Origin: an uncultured delta proteobacterium
GTDB taxonomy: Bacteria > Desulfobacterota > Binatia > Binatales > Binataceae
Direction: 5' to 3'
Assembly: GCA_963842085.1 (NCBI GenBank)
Contig: CAWJET010000001.1
Coordinates: 1,664,001 to 1,728,000 of the forward strand
Length of the DNA stretch: 64,000 bases
Shown here piece by piece: positions 53,753-63,647 of the stretch. The number at the start of each line of letters is the position of its first letter. Positions within the stretch are counted from its first letter, which is position 1. The notes beneath the pieces are model-generated. The model made no database searches, had not been told where the DNA came from, and was given only the letters and a program-made list of their open reading frames with translations. A program made the position numbers and the translations under genes.

Positions 53753-56700
53753 ATGTCAGCTTCTCGTGAAATCATAATCTCCGAGCGCGCCACCGAGCGC
53801 ATCGCCGCCGCCCGCACTTGGCTGGAGTCGCAGCCGTCTGCGACCGAGCTCCTCGTGATCGCGTCGGTCAAGGAGGCTGCCGACGACCTGGTGCGCGCGT
53901 TCGCAGTTTCGCGCGGCGCGATGCTCGGCGTGCATCGCTTGACGCTCAACCGGCTGGTCGGTTTGCTCGCCGCCGAGGAGCTCGCCGATGCCGGCCTCGC
54001 GCCTGCGGACGGACTCGCCGCCGAGGCGGTCGCCGCGCGCGCGGTCTTTCGCCTGGCGCCGTCGGGAGCGCTCGCGCATTTCGAGCCCGTGTTGAATCGT
54101 CCCGGCTTCTCACGCGCGCTGGCACGCACTCTGATCGAGCTTCGATGGAACAACGTCGGCGTTGACGAGTTGCGTGCGCTCGGCGGCGCGGGTGAGGCGA
54201 TTGCCGCGACGCTGGCGCAATTCGACGCCGAGCTGACGGACGCCAAACTGATCGATCGCGCCGCGATGCTGAAAGTCGCGACGCGCGCCGTGCTCGCGAG
54301 CGATCCGCCGCGCTTCGTCGGACTGCCGGTTCTGCTGCTCGATGTTTCCGTGGACAGCGCGCTCGACCGCGACTTCATTGCGGCACTGGCCGCGCGCTCG
54401 CCCTCGATTCTCGCGACCATTCCCGCCGCCGACTCGCCCGTGCAGACGATCCTTGAAGATGCGCTCGGCGTACGGGCAACTTCGGTGTCGACGATCACCG
54501 ACCAAAACGTCGCGCCCTCGCTCGAGCGTCTGCAGGCGCATCTGTTCGCCGACACCGCCCCGCCCGAGCGCGGCGTGGACGAAACCGTGACGGTGCTTTC
54601 GGCGCCGGGCGAGATGCACGAATGCGTCGAGATCGCGCGGCGAATCGCAGCCGAGGCGAGGCGCGGCGTGCCCTTCGATCGAATCGCCGTGCTGCTGCAT
54701 GACCCCGTTCGCTACGCGCCGTACCTGCAGGAGGCGCTCGCCCGCGCGGACATCCCCGCGTACTTCGCGCGCGGCACGCGGCGGCCCGAGCCGGGCGGTC
54801 GCGCGATGCTCGCGCTGCTTGCCTGCGCCGCGGAAAATCTGTCGGCGCGCCGCTTCGCGGAATATCTGTCGCTGGCTCAGGTGCCGGACCCCGATCGCCC
54901 GCGTGAAGACGAGCCGGCCGTCACTTCGGACACTGAACTCGCGCCGGCGCCGCTCGAGTCGGATCTCAAAGTCGAGAGCAACGCCGCAGACGACAGTCCC
55001 GGCGACGCAGTCGTATCGGATCCCGTTCCGGTCATCGAAGGAACGGCGCGGGCGCCGTGGCGATGGGAACGATTGCTCGTCGATGCGGCGGTGATCGGCA
55101 GCGCTGAGCGATGGCGCAAGCGGCTGGCGGGATTGGCCAACGAGCTGGTGGCGCGGCGCGCGGAAATTGCCGACGACGACGCGCGCGCAGCGGGCCTGGA
55201 GCGGCGAATTCTCGACCTCGCGCATCTCGGCGAAGTCGCGATGCCGATCCTCTCAATGCTCGAAACGGCGCCGCACGATGCGACCTGGGGCGACTGGCTG
55301 AAATTTCTTCGCTCGCTGGTTGAGCTGGCAATTCGCGACCGTGAGCCGGTTCTCGCCGCGCTGGCGGAGCTCGAGCCGATGGCGCCGGTCGGGCCGGTCG
55401 GACTCGACGAGGTTCGCCTGGTGCTGAACGATCGGCTCGGGCGGCTGGAAGCTCCGCGCCGCGTTCGCCGCTACGGCGCGGTGTTCGTCGCGCCGCCGAA
55501 TCGCGCGCGCGGCATGGAGTTCGACGTCATAATTGTTCCCGGCCTTGCCGAGCGAATGTTTCCGCGCAAGCTGACCGAGGATCCGATCCTATCCGACGCG
55601 GCGCGCGCTCGCCTGAGCCCGTATCTCGCGCGGAATGAGCGGCGGGTTGGCGCGGAGCGGCTCGCGCTCAGAATTGCGGCGGGCGCGGCGCGCGAGCGTG
55701 CGATGTTTTCCTATCCGCGCGTCGATCTCGACCAGGGCCGGCCGCGAGTGCCTTCGTTCTACGCGCTTGAAGTTCTGCGCGCGGCGGAGGGCAAACTTCC
55801 CGGCTTCGATGAGCTGGCGAATCGCACGGCGACGCAGCCGACGACCCGCCTCTCATGGCCGGCGCCGGCGAATCCCGCCGACGCGATCGATGACGCGGAA
55901 TTCGATCTGGCGGTGCTGGACAAGCTGGTCGACGCCGATCCGCAGACCACGATTGGCGCGGCCCACTATCTGCTCGGTGCTAACGAGCATCTCGGGCGGG
56001 CGCTGCGCGCCCGGGCGCGGCGCTGGCTCCGGCGATGGACGCCGGCCGACGGGCTGGTCGATCCGGACGCGGCGGCGCTGGCGGCGTTGGGCAAGCATCA
56101 GTTGATCGCGCGTTCATACTCACCGACCGCGCTGCAGAATTTCGCCTCATGCCCTTACCGTTTTTTTCTGCAAGCGATCCATCGGCTGGAGCCGCGCGAG
56201 GAACCCGAGGCGATCGAAACGCTCGATCCGCTCACTCGCGGCGGCCTGTTCGCCGAGGTTCAGTACGAAATCCTGTCGGCGCTCAGAGAGCTCGACGTGC
56301 TGCCGGTCACGCCGGAAGATCTGGAGGACGCGTCTGCGCTGCTTGACGAACGGCTCGAGGAAGCTGCGAAACGATGGCAAGAGAATCTCGCGCCGGCAAT
56401 TGAGCGAGTATGGGACGATGGGATCGAAAGTATCCGCGCCGACTTGCGCGAATGGATGCGGCGCGCGGCCGACGATCCGGAGCACTGGCGGCCCGAATGG
56501 TTCGAGCTCGGCTTCGGGCTGAGCGATCGCACGCAGGCGGACCCGCATAGCTCGGCCGACCCGGTCGCAATCGACGGCGGGCTCAGCCTCCGCGGGTCAA
56601 TCGACCTGCTCGAACGCGATCCGGCCGGGCGAATTCGCGTGACAGATCACAAGACCGGGAAAGTGCGCGCCGCCAAGGACTTCGTGATCGGCGGCGGCAA

Positions 56701-57028
56701 GACGTTGCAGCCGGTCTTGTACGCGCTCGCGGCTGAACGTGTGCTTGGCGAGCCGATTTACGCCGGGCGGCTTTACTACTGCACCGCGACCGGCGGCTAT
56801 GAAGAGCGCGTGGTCGAAATCAACGATGAGGCGCGGCGCGCCGCCCGCGATTTCGTCGCGATAATCAAGGAGTCGCTGGAAGCGGGGTTTTTGCCGGCGG
56901 CGCCGGACGATCGCGAATGCGATTGGTGCGACTACAAGCGCGTCTGCGGCCCGTACGAGGAGCGGCGCTCCAAAATCAAACCGCAGGCGCGGCTCAAGTC
57001 GCTGACGCGGCTGCGCGAGATGCGCTGA
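53753..57028 (+). CDS. addB: AddB-like PD-(D/E)XK nuclease subunit with Fe-S staple
   Basis: SPTALQNFASCPYRFF, GSIDL...DHKTG, C-terminal CDWCDYKRVC (four Cys in total). Confidence 0.85.
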   Translation: MSASREIIISERATERIAAARTWLESQPSATELLVIASVKEAADDLVRAFAVSRGAMLGVHRLTLNRLVGLLAAEELADAGLAPADGLAAEAVAARAVFRLAPSGALAHFEPVLNRPGFSRALARTLIELRWNNVGVDELRALGGAGEAIAATLAQFDAELTDAKLIDRAAMLKVATRAVLASDPPRFVGLPVLLLDVSVDSALDRDFIAALAARSPSILATIPAADSPVQTILEDALGVRATSVSTITDQNVAPSLERLQAHLFADTAPPERGVDETVTVLSAPGEMHECVEIARRIAAEARRGVPFDRIAVLLHDPVRYAPYLQEALARADIPAYFARGTRRPEPGGRAMLALLACAAENLSARRFAEYLSLAQVPDPDRPREDEPAVTSDTELAPAPLESDLKVESNAADDSPGDAVVSDPVPVIEGTARAPWRWERLLVDAAVIGSAERWRKRLAGLANELVARRAEIADDDARAAGLERRILDLAHLGEVAMPILSMLETAPHDATWGDWLKFLRSLVELAIRDREPVLAALAELEPMAPVGPVGLDEVRLVLNDRLGRLEAPRRVRRYGAVFVAPPNRARGMEFDVIIVPGLAERMFPRKLTEDPILSDAARARLSPYLARNERRVGAERLALRIAAGAARERAMFSYPRVDLDQGRPRVPSFYALEVLRAAEGKLPGFDELANRTATQPTTRLSWPAPANPADAIDDAEFDLAVLDKLVDADPQTTIGAAHYLLGANEHLGRALRARARRWLRRWTPADGLVDPDAAALAALGKHQLIARSYSPTALQNFASCPYRFFLQAIHRLEPREEPEAIETLDPLTRGGLFAEVQYEILSALRELDVLPVTPEDLEDASALLDERLEEAAKRWQENLAPAIERVWDDGIESIRADLREWMRRAADDPEHWRPEWFELGFGLSDRTQADPHSSADPVAIDGGLSLRGSIDLLERDPAGRIRVTDHKTGKVRAAKDFVIGGGKTLQPVLYALAAERVLGEPIYAGRLYYCTATGGYEERVVEINDEARRAARDFVAIIKESLEAGFLPAAPDDRECDWCDYKRVCGPYEERRSKIKPQARLKSLTRLREMR

Positions 57029-57033
57029 CAACA

Positions 57034-60000
57034 GTGAGTGCGGCGATAATATCCGATCAGGCGGTGCGCGATCGCATTCGCGACGATCTCGGCGTCACGC
57101 TCGTAATCGAGGCCGCGGCCGGGACCGGCAAGACCACGGCGCTGGTGAATCGCATCGTGTCGGTGATTGGCTCGGGTCGCGGCGAACTCGCGCGGATCGT
57201 CGCGGTCACGTTCACCGAGAAGGCGGCCGGCGAGCTGAAGCTCAGGCTGCGCGCCGAAATCGAGCGGGCGCGCCAAAGCACGGAACCTTTGAGCGAAGGG
57301 CGCGCGCGCTTCGACCTGGCGCTCAAGCAACTGGAAGAAGCGCGGATCGGAACCATTCATTCGTTTTGCGCCGACCTGCTGCGCGAGCGGCCAGTGGAAG
57401 CGCAAGTCGATCCGATGTTCGAAGTGGCGCCCGAGGACGTTGCCGGAGAGATGTTCGACGCCGCGTTCGACCGATGGTTCGAGCGGCTGCTCGACAATCC
57501 CGGCGAGGGAATGCGCCGACTGCTGCGCCGGCGCGATCTGTCGGCGCGCACGGGGCCGCGCGAGATCGCGCGCCGCGCGGCGCTCGAGCTGATGAACTGG
57601 CGCGACTTCGATTCGCCGTGGGCGCATTCGCCGTTCGCGCGCGACGCCGAAATCGACGCGATAATCGCAGCGGTCGAAGCGCTTGGCAAACTTGCCGAGC
57701 TCGGCGAGACGGACGACTGGCTGGCTCGGAGCCTCGACGCGATCGCGAAGCCGGTCGCCGAGGCAACGCGGCTGGAGGCGGTGCGCGGGCGCGACTACGA
57801 CGCGCTCGAATCGGTGCTGGTCGCGCTGAGCACCGGGCGGCGCTGGGATTGGAAGGGATATGGCGGCGGCTTCGGCGAAGTCGAGCGCGAGGAAGTCTTT
57901 CGGCGCCGCGCCGAGTTGCACACTCGGTTGGAGAGGTTTCGCGACAATGCGGGCGCGAATCTCGCGCCTCTGCTGCGCGATGAACTGTGGCCGATCGTCG
58001 GTATCTACGAAGACCTGAAGCGCCGCGCGGGACGGCTCGACTTCCTCGACCTGCTGCTGGTCGCGCGCAACCTGGTCCGTGACAATCCGGCGGTGCGCGC
58101 CGAGCTGCAAAATCGCTTCACGCATATTTTCATCGATGAGTTCCAGGACACCGATCCGCTGCAGGCGGAAATCCTGCTGCTGCTTTCGTCCGCCGATCCC
58201 GGCGAGACCAACTGGCTGAAGGTCAAGCCGATCGCCGGTAAATTATTTATCGTCGGCGATCCGAAACAATCGATTTACCGTTTCCGCCGCGCCGACGTTT
58301 CGCTTTACCAGGGCGTGAAACAGTTGCTGTTGATGCACGGCGCACAGCTCCAGCATCTGACCGTAAGCTTTCGCGCCACGCCCGCGATTCAGACGATGGT
58401 CAACGCGGCGTTCGCCCCGCTGATGAGCGAGGAATCGGGCACCCAGCCGGCGTACGCGCCGTTGATGCCGTATCGACCTGAGCCGGGGACGCAGCCTCCG
58501 ATCGTCGTGCTGCCGGTGCCGGAGCCGTACGGCGAGTACGGCCGCGTCGTCAACTGGAAAATCGACGAGTCGATTCCCGACGCGATTGCCGCTTACGCGC
58601 GCTGGCTGGTGCATGAAAGCGGATGGACCGTGACCGAGCGCGAGGCGCCTGAGGTGCGCGTGCCGATTCGCCCGCGCCACATCTGTATCCTGTTTCGTCG
58701 CATGAATTCGTTCGGGCGCGACGTGACGCGGCCGTACCTGCGCGCGCTCGAAGCGCGGCATCTGCCGCACGTGCTGGTCAAGGGCGGATCGTTCAACGAG
58801 CGCGAAGAAGTGCTCGCGCTGCGCAACATCCTGGGCGCAATCGAGCGGCCCAACGACGAGTTGACGGTATTCGCCGCACTGCGCGGTCCCGTGTTCGCGC
58901 TGTCCGACGCGGCGCTGCTCGAATTCCGCATGACCGTCGGCAGCGTGCATCCGTTTCGCAAGCTGCCCGACAACCTGCCTGACGGTCTAAAGGAAGTGAA
59001 GGGCGCGCTCGACGTGATCAAGGGATTGCATCGCGGGCGGAATCGAAGGCCGATCGCGGAGACGATTGCGAAGCTGATGGCTGAAACTCGCGCGCATGCG
59101 GGGTTCGCCATTTGGCCGACCGGCGAGCAGGCGCTGGCAAATATCATGCGAATCATGGACCAGGCGCGGCGTTATGAAGCGCGCGGCGGCACCACCTCGT
59201 TCCGGGCGTTCGTCGACGAGCTCGAAGCGCGCGCCGAACGCGACGAAGCGAGCGAGACGCCGATCGTCGAGGAAGGAACCGAGGGCGTACGCATAATGAC
59301 GGTGCATCGCGCCAAGGGCCTCGAGTTTCCGGTCGTCATCCTGGCCGACATCACCTGCAACGAAACTCGCGCCGACGCGTCGCGGTATATCGAGCCGGCG
59401 TCGAAGCTGGCCGCGATGGAACTCGCGGGATGCGCGCCGCGCGAACTGCAGGAGCATGCGGCGAAGGAGCATGACCGCGACGTGGAAGAATCGATCCGGC
59501 TGCTGTACGTGGCCTCGACGCGCGCGCGAGACCTAATCGTCGTGCCGGCGGTTGGCGACGAAGAGAGTGGCGGCTGGCTCGCGCGGCTGAATCCCGTCGT
59601 CTGTCCGGCGAATACCGAGCGGCGCGCGCCGTCGTCATCGCATCCGGCAGGTTGCCCCGAATTCGGCGATGACAGCGTGCTGACGCGGCCGCCGAAAGCG
59701 CCGGGAAAAACAAAATCGGTGGCGCCGGGATTACATCGCGCGCAGCAGGGTGCGCATCAAGTAGTCTGGTGGGATCCGCGGCTGCTGATCCTGAACGTCG
59801 AGGAGAAGATGGGGCTGCGGCAGGACAAGCTGCTGCAGGCCGACGAAAGCAAGCTCGTATCGGACCGTGGCGAAAAAATGCGCGAACAGTGGAGCGCGAG
59901 CCGGACGGCGATGCTCGCGGCGGGAACGACGCCGAAGATACACGTTGCGACGGCGACCGAACTCGCGCTCGCAGCGCCAGCGGACGGACCGGCGTCTGCC

Positions 60001-60486
60001 GAGGCGATCGCGATCGAAGAGACGCGTCGCGAGCGCGGCCGGCCGCATGGCAAGCGCTTCGGCACGCTGGTGCATCTTACGATGCTGCGTGCGCCTTTTG
60101 CTGCGGACGCGCGCGAGGTCGGCAAGATCGCGGCCAGTGCGGCCAAGATGATCGGCGCGCCGGAGGAGGAAGTCGCCGCTGCGGTGACTGCTGTAAAGGC
60201 TGCCCTCAATTCTCCGCTGATGCGTCGGGCCGCGGCCGCGCAGACGGCGATGCGTGAATGTCCGCTGATGATTCGGCTTGAAGACGGCACCGCAGTCGAA
60301 GGAATCGCAGACCTCGCGTTCAAGGAGAGCACGAACGACGGCGCACTATGGACGGTGGTCGATTTCAAGACGGACATCGACGTCGCGGCGCGGCTCGACG
60401 AATATCGCGCGCAGATCAGGTTCTACGTGCGCGCGGTGAGGGAGAGTACGGGGCAGCCTGCCAGCGGCGCGATTTTGTGGATCTAG
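57034..60486 (+). CDS. addA: AddA-like UvrD helicase with C-terminal nuclease
   Basis: AAAGTGKT, TFTEKAA, IDEFQDT, VGDPKQSIYRFR, HRAKGLEF, GIADL...VDFKT. Confidence 0.88.
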   Translation: MSAAIISDQAVRDRIRDDLGVTLVIEAAAGTGKTTALVNRIVSVIGSGRGELARIVAVTFTEKAAGELKLRLRAEIERARQSTEPLSEGRARFDLALKQLEEARIGTIHSFCADLLRERPVEAQVDPMFEVAPEDVAGEMFDAAFDRWFERLLDNPGEGMRRLLRRRDLSARTGPREIARRAALELMNWRDFDSPWAHSPFARDAEIDAIIAAVEALGKLAELGETDDWLARSLDAIAKPVAEATRLEAVRGRDYDALESVLVALSTGRRWDWKGYGGGFGEVEREEVFRRRAELHTRLERFRDNAGANLAPLLRDELWPIVGIYEDLKRRAGRLDFLDLLLVARNLVRDNPAVRAELQNRFTHIFIDEFQDTDPLQAEILLLLSSADPGETNWLKVKPIAGKLFIVGDPKQSIYRFRRADVSLYQGVKQLLLMHGAQLQHLTVSFRATPAIQTMVNAAFAPLMSEESGTQPAYAPLMPYRPEPGTQPPIVVLPVPEPYGEYGRVVNWKIDESIPDAIAAYARWLVHESGWTVTEREAPEVRVPIRPRHICILFRRMNSFGRDVTRPYLRALEARHLPHVLVKGGSFNEREEVLALRNILGAIERPNDELTVFAALRGPVFALSDAALLEFRMTVGSVHPFRKLPDNLPDGLKEVKGALDVIKGLHRGRNRRPIAETIAKLMAETRAHAGFAIWPTGEQALANIMRIMDQARRYEARGGTTSFRAFVDELEARAERDEASETPIVEEGTEGVRIMTVHRAKGLEFPVVILADITCNETRADASRYIEPASKLAAMELAGCAPRELQEHAAKEHDRDVEESIRLLYVASTRARDLIVVPAVGDEESGGWLARLNPVVCPANTERRAPSSSHPAGCPEFGDDSVLTRPPKAPGKTKSVAPGLHRAQQGAHQVVWWDPRLLILNVEEKMGLRQDKLLQADESKLVSDRGEKMREQWSASRTAMLAAGTTPKIHVATATELALAAPADGPASAEAIAIEETRRERGRPHGKRFGTLVHLTMLRAPFAADAREVGKIAASAAKMIGAPEEEVAAAVTAVKAALNSPLMRRAAAAQTAMRECPLMIRLEDGTAVEGIADLAFKESTNDGALWTVVDFKTDIDVAARLDEYRAQIRFYVRAVRESTGQPASGAILWI

Positions 60487-60504
60487 GGAAGGGCAAATCA
60501 CTCT

Positions 60505-60566
60505 ATTGAATGCGAAACCCGCGGTGGGTTTCGCTCTTCCTTCGGCAGGGGTGACCCTGCACCCAA
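60505..60566. repeat. Family A bipartite repeat
   Basis: ATTGAATGCGAAACCCGCGGTGGGTTTCGCTCTTCCTTCGGCAGGGGTGACCCTGCACCC. Confidence 0.75.
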
Positions 60567-60619
60567 TTATTCAGAAGAGACGCAGTTCGCCCTGTTCCTA
60601 ACCTTCTCCCTATCCGAAA

Positions 60620-60769
60620 GAGGTTTGCACAACCTGGCTCGCAGTTCTTCCCCTCTCCCTGCATGGGAAAGGATGAAGGTGAGGGTCCTTATACAGCGCG
60701 CTCCTTTGCGCGCGATTCAAGATTCTGGTTCTGCATGAATCTGTCCACCGAGGTTATGCAAAAACGCTC
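60620..60769. mobile_element. Degenerate MITE splitting a family-B REP
   Basis: Inverted repeats TTTGCACAACCT (60624-35) and AGGTTATGCAAA (60751-62); the flanks CCTAACCTTCTCC and GGAGAGGTTGG are the two arms of one palindrome. Confidence 0.55.
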
Positions 60770-60861
60770 TCGCACAAGGAGAGGTTGGATTCGGACGCGA
60801 GAGGTTAAGCGCTTGGTGGATGTGGCGGGTTTGTGCTGAAATCTCGGTGCGAGGGAATTAG

Positions 60862-61959
60862 ATGGCTATCGACATTATATATGGCGAACGCGCGACGGTT
60901 GGAGTCGATGCTAAATCGACCGGTGGCGGGTTGTGGCTAAGTGCGCACGACCTCAAACGAGTCAGCGGATGGGAGTTCAAGCCGCAGGGATTCTGCAAGG
61001 GAGATGTCTGCGTGCCTGTGCACGGCGCGCGGATGACCGAGTTTGTCGATGGCGGCCGTTACAATCTCGCGGCGCTGGCGAGTCTGCTCGGACAGCCCGT
61101 CGCGACCGACGCCGAGCATCATGCGTGGTGCTTCGGCGAATCCGCGGCCGAGCGAAAGCGGATCCTGACTTCGCTCGAAGCGCCGGATTTCAGCCTGCCC
61201 GATCTCGACGGCAAGATGCATTCGCTGTCCGACTATCGTGGCAAGAAAGTCTTCGTCGTTTCATGGGCGTCGTGGTGAGGATGCCGCTTTGACCTGCCAG
61301 TCTGGCAGGCGCTTTACGAAGAACTCGGAGCGAAAGGATTCGTGCCCATCGCGATCGCATTCGACAGCGGCGGCAATGCCGCGACCGAGCCGTGGATCAA
61401 GGCGGCGAAGCCCACCTATCCATGCCTGATCGATCGGCGGCATCTCGTGGCCGAGCTTTACGACATGGTCAACGTGCCGACCGCGGTCTGGATCGACGAG
61501 CGCGGCAAGATAGTCAGGCCCAGCGAGCCGGCCGGCGTCTCGGACGCATTCAGAAAGATGAACCGCACGAACTTTTCCATTCCCGCCGACGCGATGAACG
61601 AGCTGCAGGCAAAGCGCAAGGCTTACCAGGATGCGCTCCGCGACTGGGTGGCGAAGGGATCGAAAAGCCGGTTCGCGCTCGGCGAGGCGGAAGTTCTCAG
61701 ACGGATGCATGCGCCGGACGACATGCAAGTGCGCGCGGCGGCGAATTTCAGGCTCGGCGAATTTCTGTTCGAGCACGGACACGCGGAGGCGGCAAAGAAA
61801 TATTTCGAGGAATCAAAACGGCTGCGCCCCGATAGCTGGAACTACAAGCGGCAGGCGTGGGCGCTTGAAGATCCGATGAAGGCGGGCGGTCCCGAGTTCT
61901 GGGCAGCGGTCGATTCGCTCGCCGATGGCAAGTACTACCCTGGCGCGGAGGATATATAG
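60862..61959 (+). CDS. Selenocysteine-containing TlpA/ResA-like redoxin (WAxxUGC motif), 365 aa
   Basis: ORFs 60862-61278 and 61342-61959 are in the same frame, separated only by TGA 61276-78 at the redox position: KKVFVVSWASW-U-GCRFDLPVWQ. Confidence 0.9.
61279..61312 (+). promoter_or_regulatory. Putative bacterial SECIS element
   Basis: Hairpin CCTGCCA-GTC-TGGCAGG at 61293-61309, with the loop G 22 nt after the UGA. Confidence 0.7.
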
Positions 61960-61990
61960 GGCAGGGGTGACGCCTGCACCCAGTGCTAAG
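61960..61990. repeat. Family A repeat, single hairpin
   Basis: GGCAGGGGTGACGCCTGCACCCAGTGCTAAG. Confidence 0.65.
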
Positions 61991-62075
61991 CGGGAGGTGT
62001 CACAGACACGCGGCCGACGCGTGTCCGCGCGCGGCGGGTGAGGGGCCAAATTTTCCGGGATTCTGAGAATCAGGT

Positions 62076-62972
62076 TTGTACAATCGGGAAATACTAGTCG
62101 TCGAATACGGATCGTTGCTTAGCGGCTATGGGTTGCTGGCTGAGCGGCGCGGTGGTGCGAGCCGGTTGCTGGCGCGCGACGTGGCTCCGGTCTCGATTCA
62201 CAATGCGCGGCGCGGACTGGCCAAGCCGTCCAGCCATGGCAGGTATCTCGCGATGGATATCGAACCGGTCGATTCCGCTACTCCAATCAGCGCTTCGACC
62301 ACGGCGGATGACGGGATAGGCGGGCTGCTGCTTACCTTCGATCGCGGATACGCGCCGATGATCGCGCGGCGCGAGGAATACGATCCCAATGCGTTCGAGC
62401 GGTTGATCTCGCTTGCGGATCGCGCGGGCAAAGCGCTGGGCGAGTACCTGATGGAAATCGCGAGTGACACGAATTTCGATTTGCTCGCATACCGGACCAG
62501 GCTGCGCAGGCTGCTCGACTACACCTCGCCCGGATACATTTTCCATCCGATTGAAATCGACGACGGCCGTGTCGCCATTATTGCGATCGGTTCGGGCTTC
62601 GAGGGCAGCGGAGATCCGAAGGTGGTCTCACGACGGCAGCAATTCGGGATGGACCGGCTGCTGTCGCTCGAGGAGTCGATCCGAACCGAGATTCCCGGTT
62701 TCGATCGTGCCGGGCAGATAGGATATTACGCGGAGTGTATTCTCGGCGGCTTGCACGGCGTTGAGGTAGGCGACCTGACGCCGCAATTCGATCCTGACGC
62801 TCGATGGGCGCGCGAACTCGCGACGCATCTCGGGCCGCTCGCCGTCGGCGAGCGCGAGCGGTTTATCGAGGCCACCTCGCTCGACGCGGCGCGCTACGGT
62901 GAGCGGTTCTCAAGCTCCTCGCGGCGAATCGCGAGCCTGGCGGCGCTGCTCGAGCTGGCGGGAGTTGTATAG
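62076..62972 (+). CDS. Hypothetical protein, possible gamma-glutamylcyclotransferase/ChaC-like fold
   Basis: N-terminal VVEYGSLL and later IARREEY resemble GGCT-fold motifs. Confidence 0.55.
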   Translation: MYNREILVVEYGSLLSGYGLLAERRGGASRLLARDVAPVSIHNARRGLAKPSSHGRYLAMDIEPVDSATPISASTTADDGIGGLLLTFDRGYAPMIARREEYDPNAFERLISLADRAGKALGEYLMEIASDTNFDLLAYRTRLRRLLDYTSPGYIFHPIEIDDGRVAIIAIGSGFEGSGDPKVVSRRQQFGMDRLLSLEESIRTEIPGFDRAGQIGYYAECILGGLHGVEVGDLTPQFDPDARWARELATHLGPLAVGERERFIEATSLDAARYGERFSSSSRRIASLAALLELAGVV

Positions 62973-62988
62973 TGACGGGAACGAGTCG

Positions 62989-63495
62989 ATGGCAACCAAA
63001 GCAGGTTTTTCGATCCGTGTCGCGAAAGAGAATCTGAAATTCTCGGCCGCCCATTTTATCGCCTACCCGGGGTTTCGCGAACCGCTGCACGGCCACAATT
63101 ACCAGGTCGGCGTGTACCTCGAAGGGCGGCTGGCGAAGACCGGCTACGTGATCGATTTCGGCCTGATCAAAAAACTCACCAAGGAGATCGTCGATCGGCT
63201 CGACGAGCGCACGATCGTTCCGCGCGACAGCGATTGCCTGACGATCGACGGACCCGCCAACGGGGTCGTGCGAATCCGCTACGAGCAAGACGAGTTCGTG
63301 CTGCCGGCCGCCGACGTGTGTATCGTGCCGATTGTGCACAGCTCGGCGGAAGAACTCGCGCGCTACATCTGGGAGGAGTTGGCGGCGGCGCTGGATGCGC
63401 GCGGCGCGCTGACCGAAGTGACGACGATGGAAGTCTCGGTGGCCGAGGGTCCGGGCCAGTCGGCGCACTATCGAAACTCGACCGGCAGCATCTAG
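62989..63495 (+). CDS. 6-pyruvoyl-tetrahydropterin synthase family, PTPS-III type
   Basis: FSAAHFIAYPGFREPLHGHNY, VIDF, SAEELA. Confidence 0.9.
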   Translation: MATKAGFSIRVAKENLKFSAAHFIAYPGFREPLHGHNYQVGVYLEGRLAKTGYVIDFGLIKKLTKEIVDRLDERTIVPRDSDCLTIDGPANGVVRIRYEQDEFVLPAADVCIVPIVHSSAEELARYIWEELAAALDARGALTEVTTMEVSVAEGPGQSAHYRNSTGSI

Positions 63496-63647
63496 TCGCG
63501 TTCTCTCGGTAACACTTACGGCGGGTTTATTTCGCCTAGTCTGCTAACTTGCAGTCTTCGTCCTGTCAACTGCGGGCGCGTCGTGAGAGGATGCGGCACG
63601 TAACGCCGAGGTTTACCATCGCCGGCGTTTACGGAGCGAACCCACGG

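Noticed and set aside
53753-60486. Helicase-nuclease pair as a novel defence system or Cas4-like module
   Set aside because: Architecture, order and the four-Cys staple fit housekeeping AddAB; no CRISPR array or defence genes are nearby.
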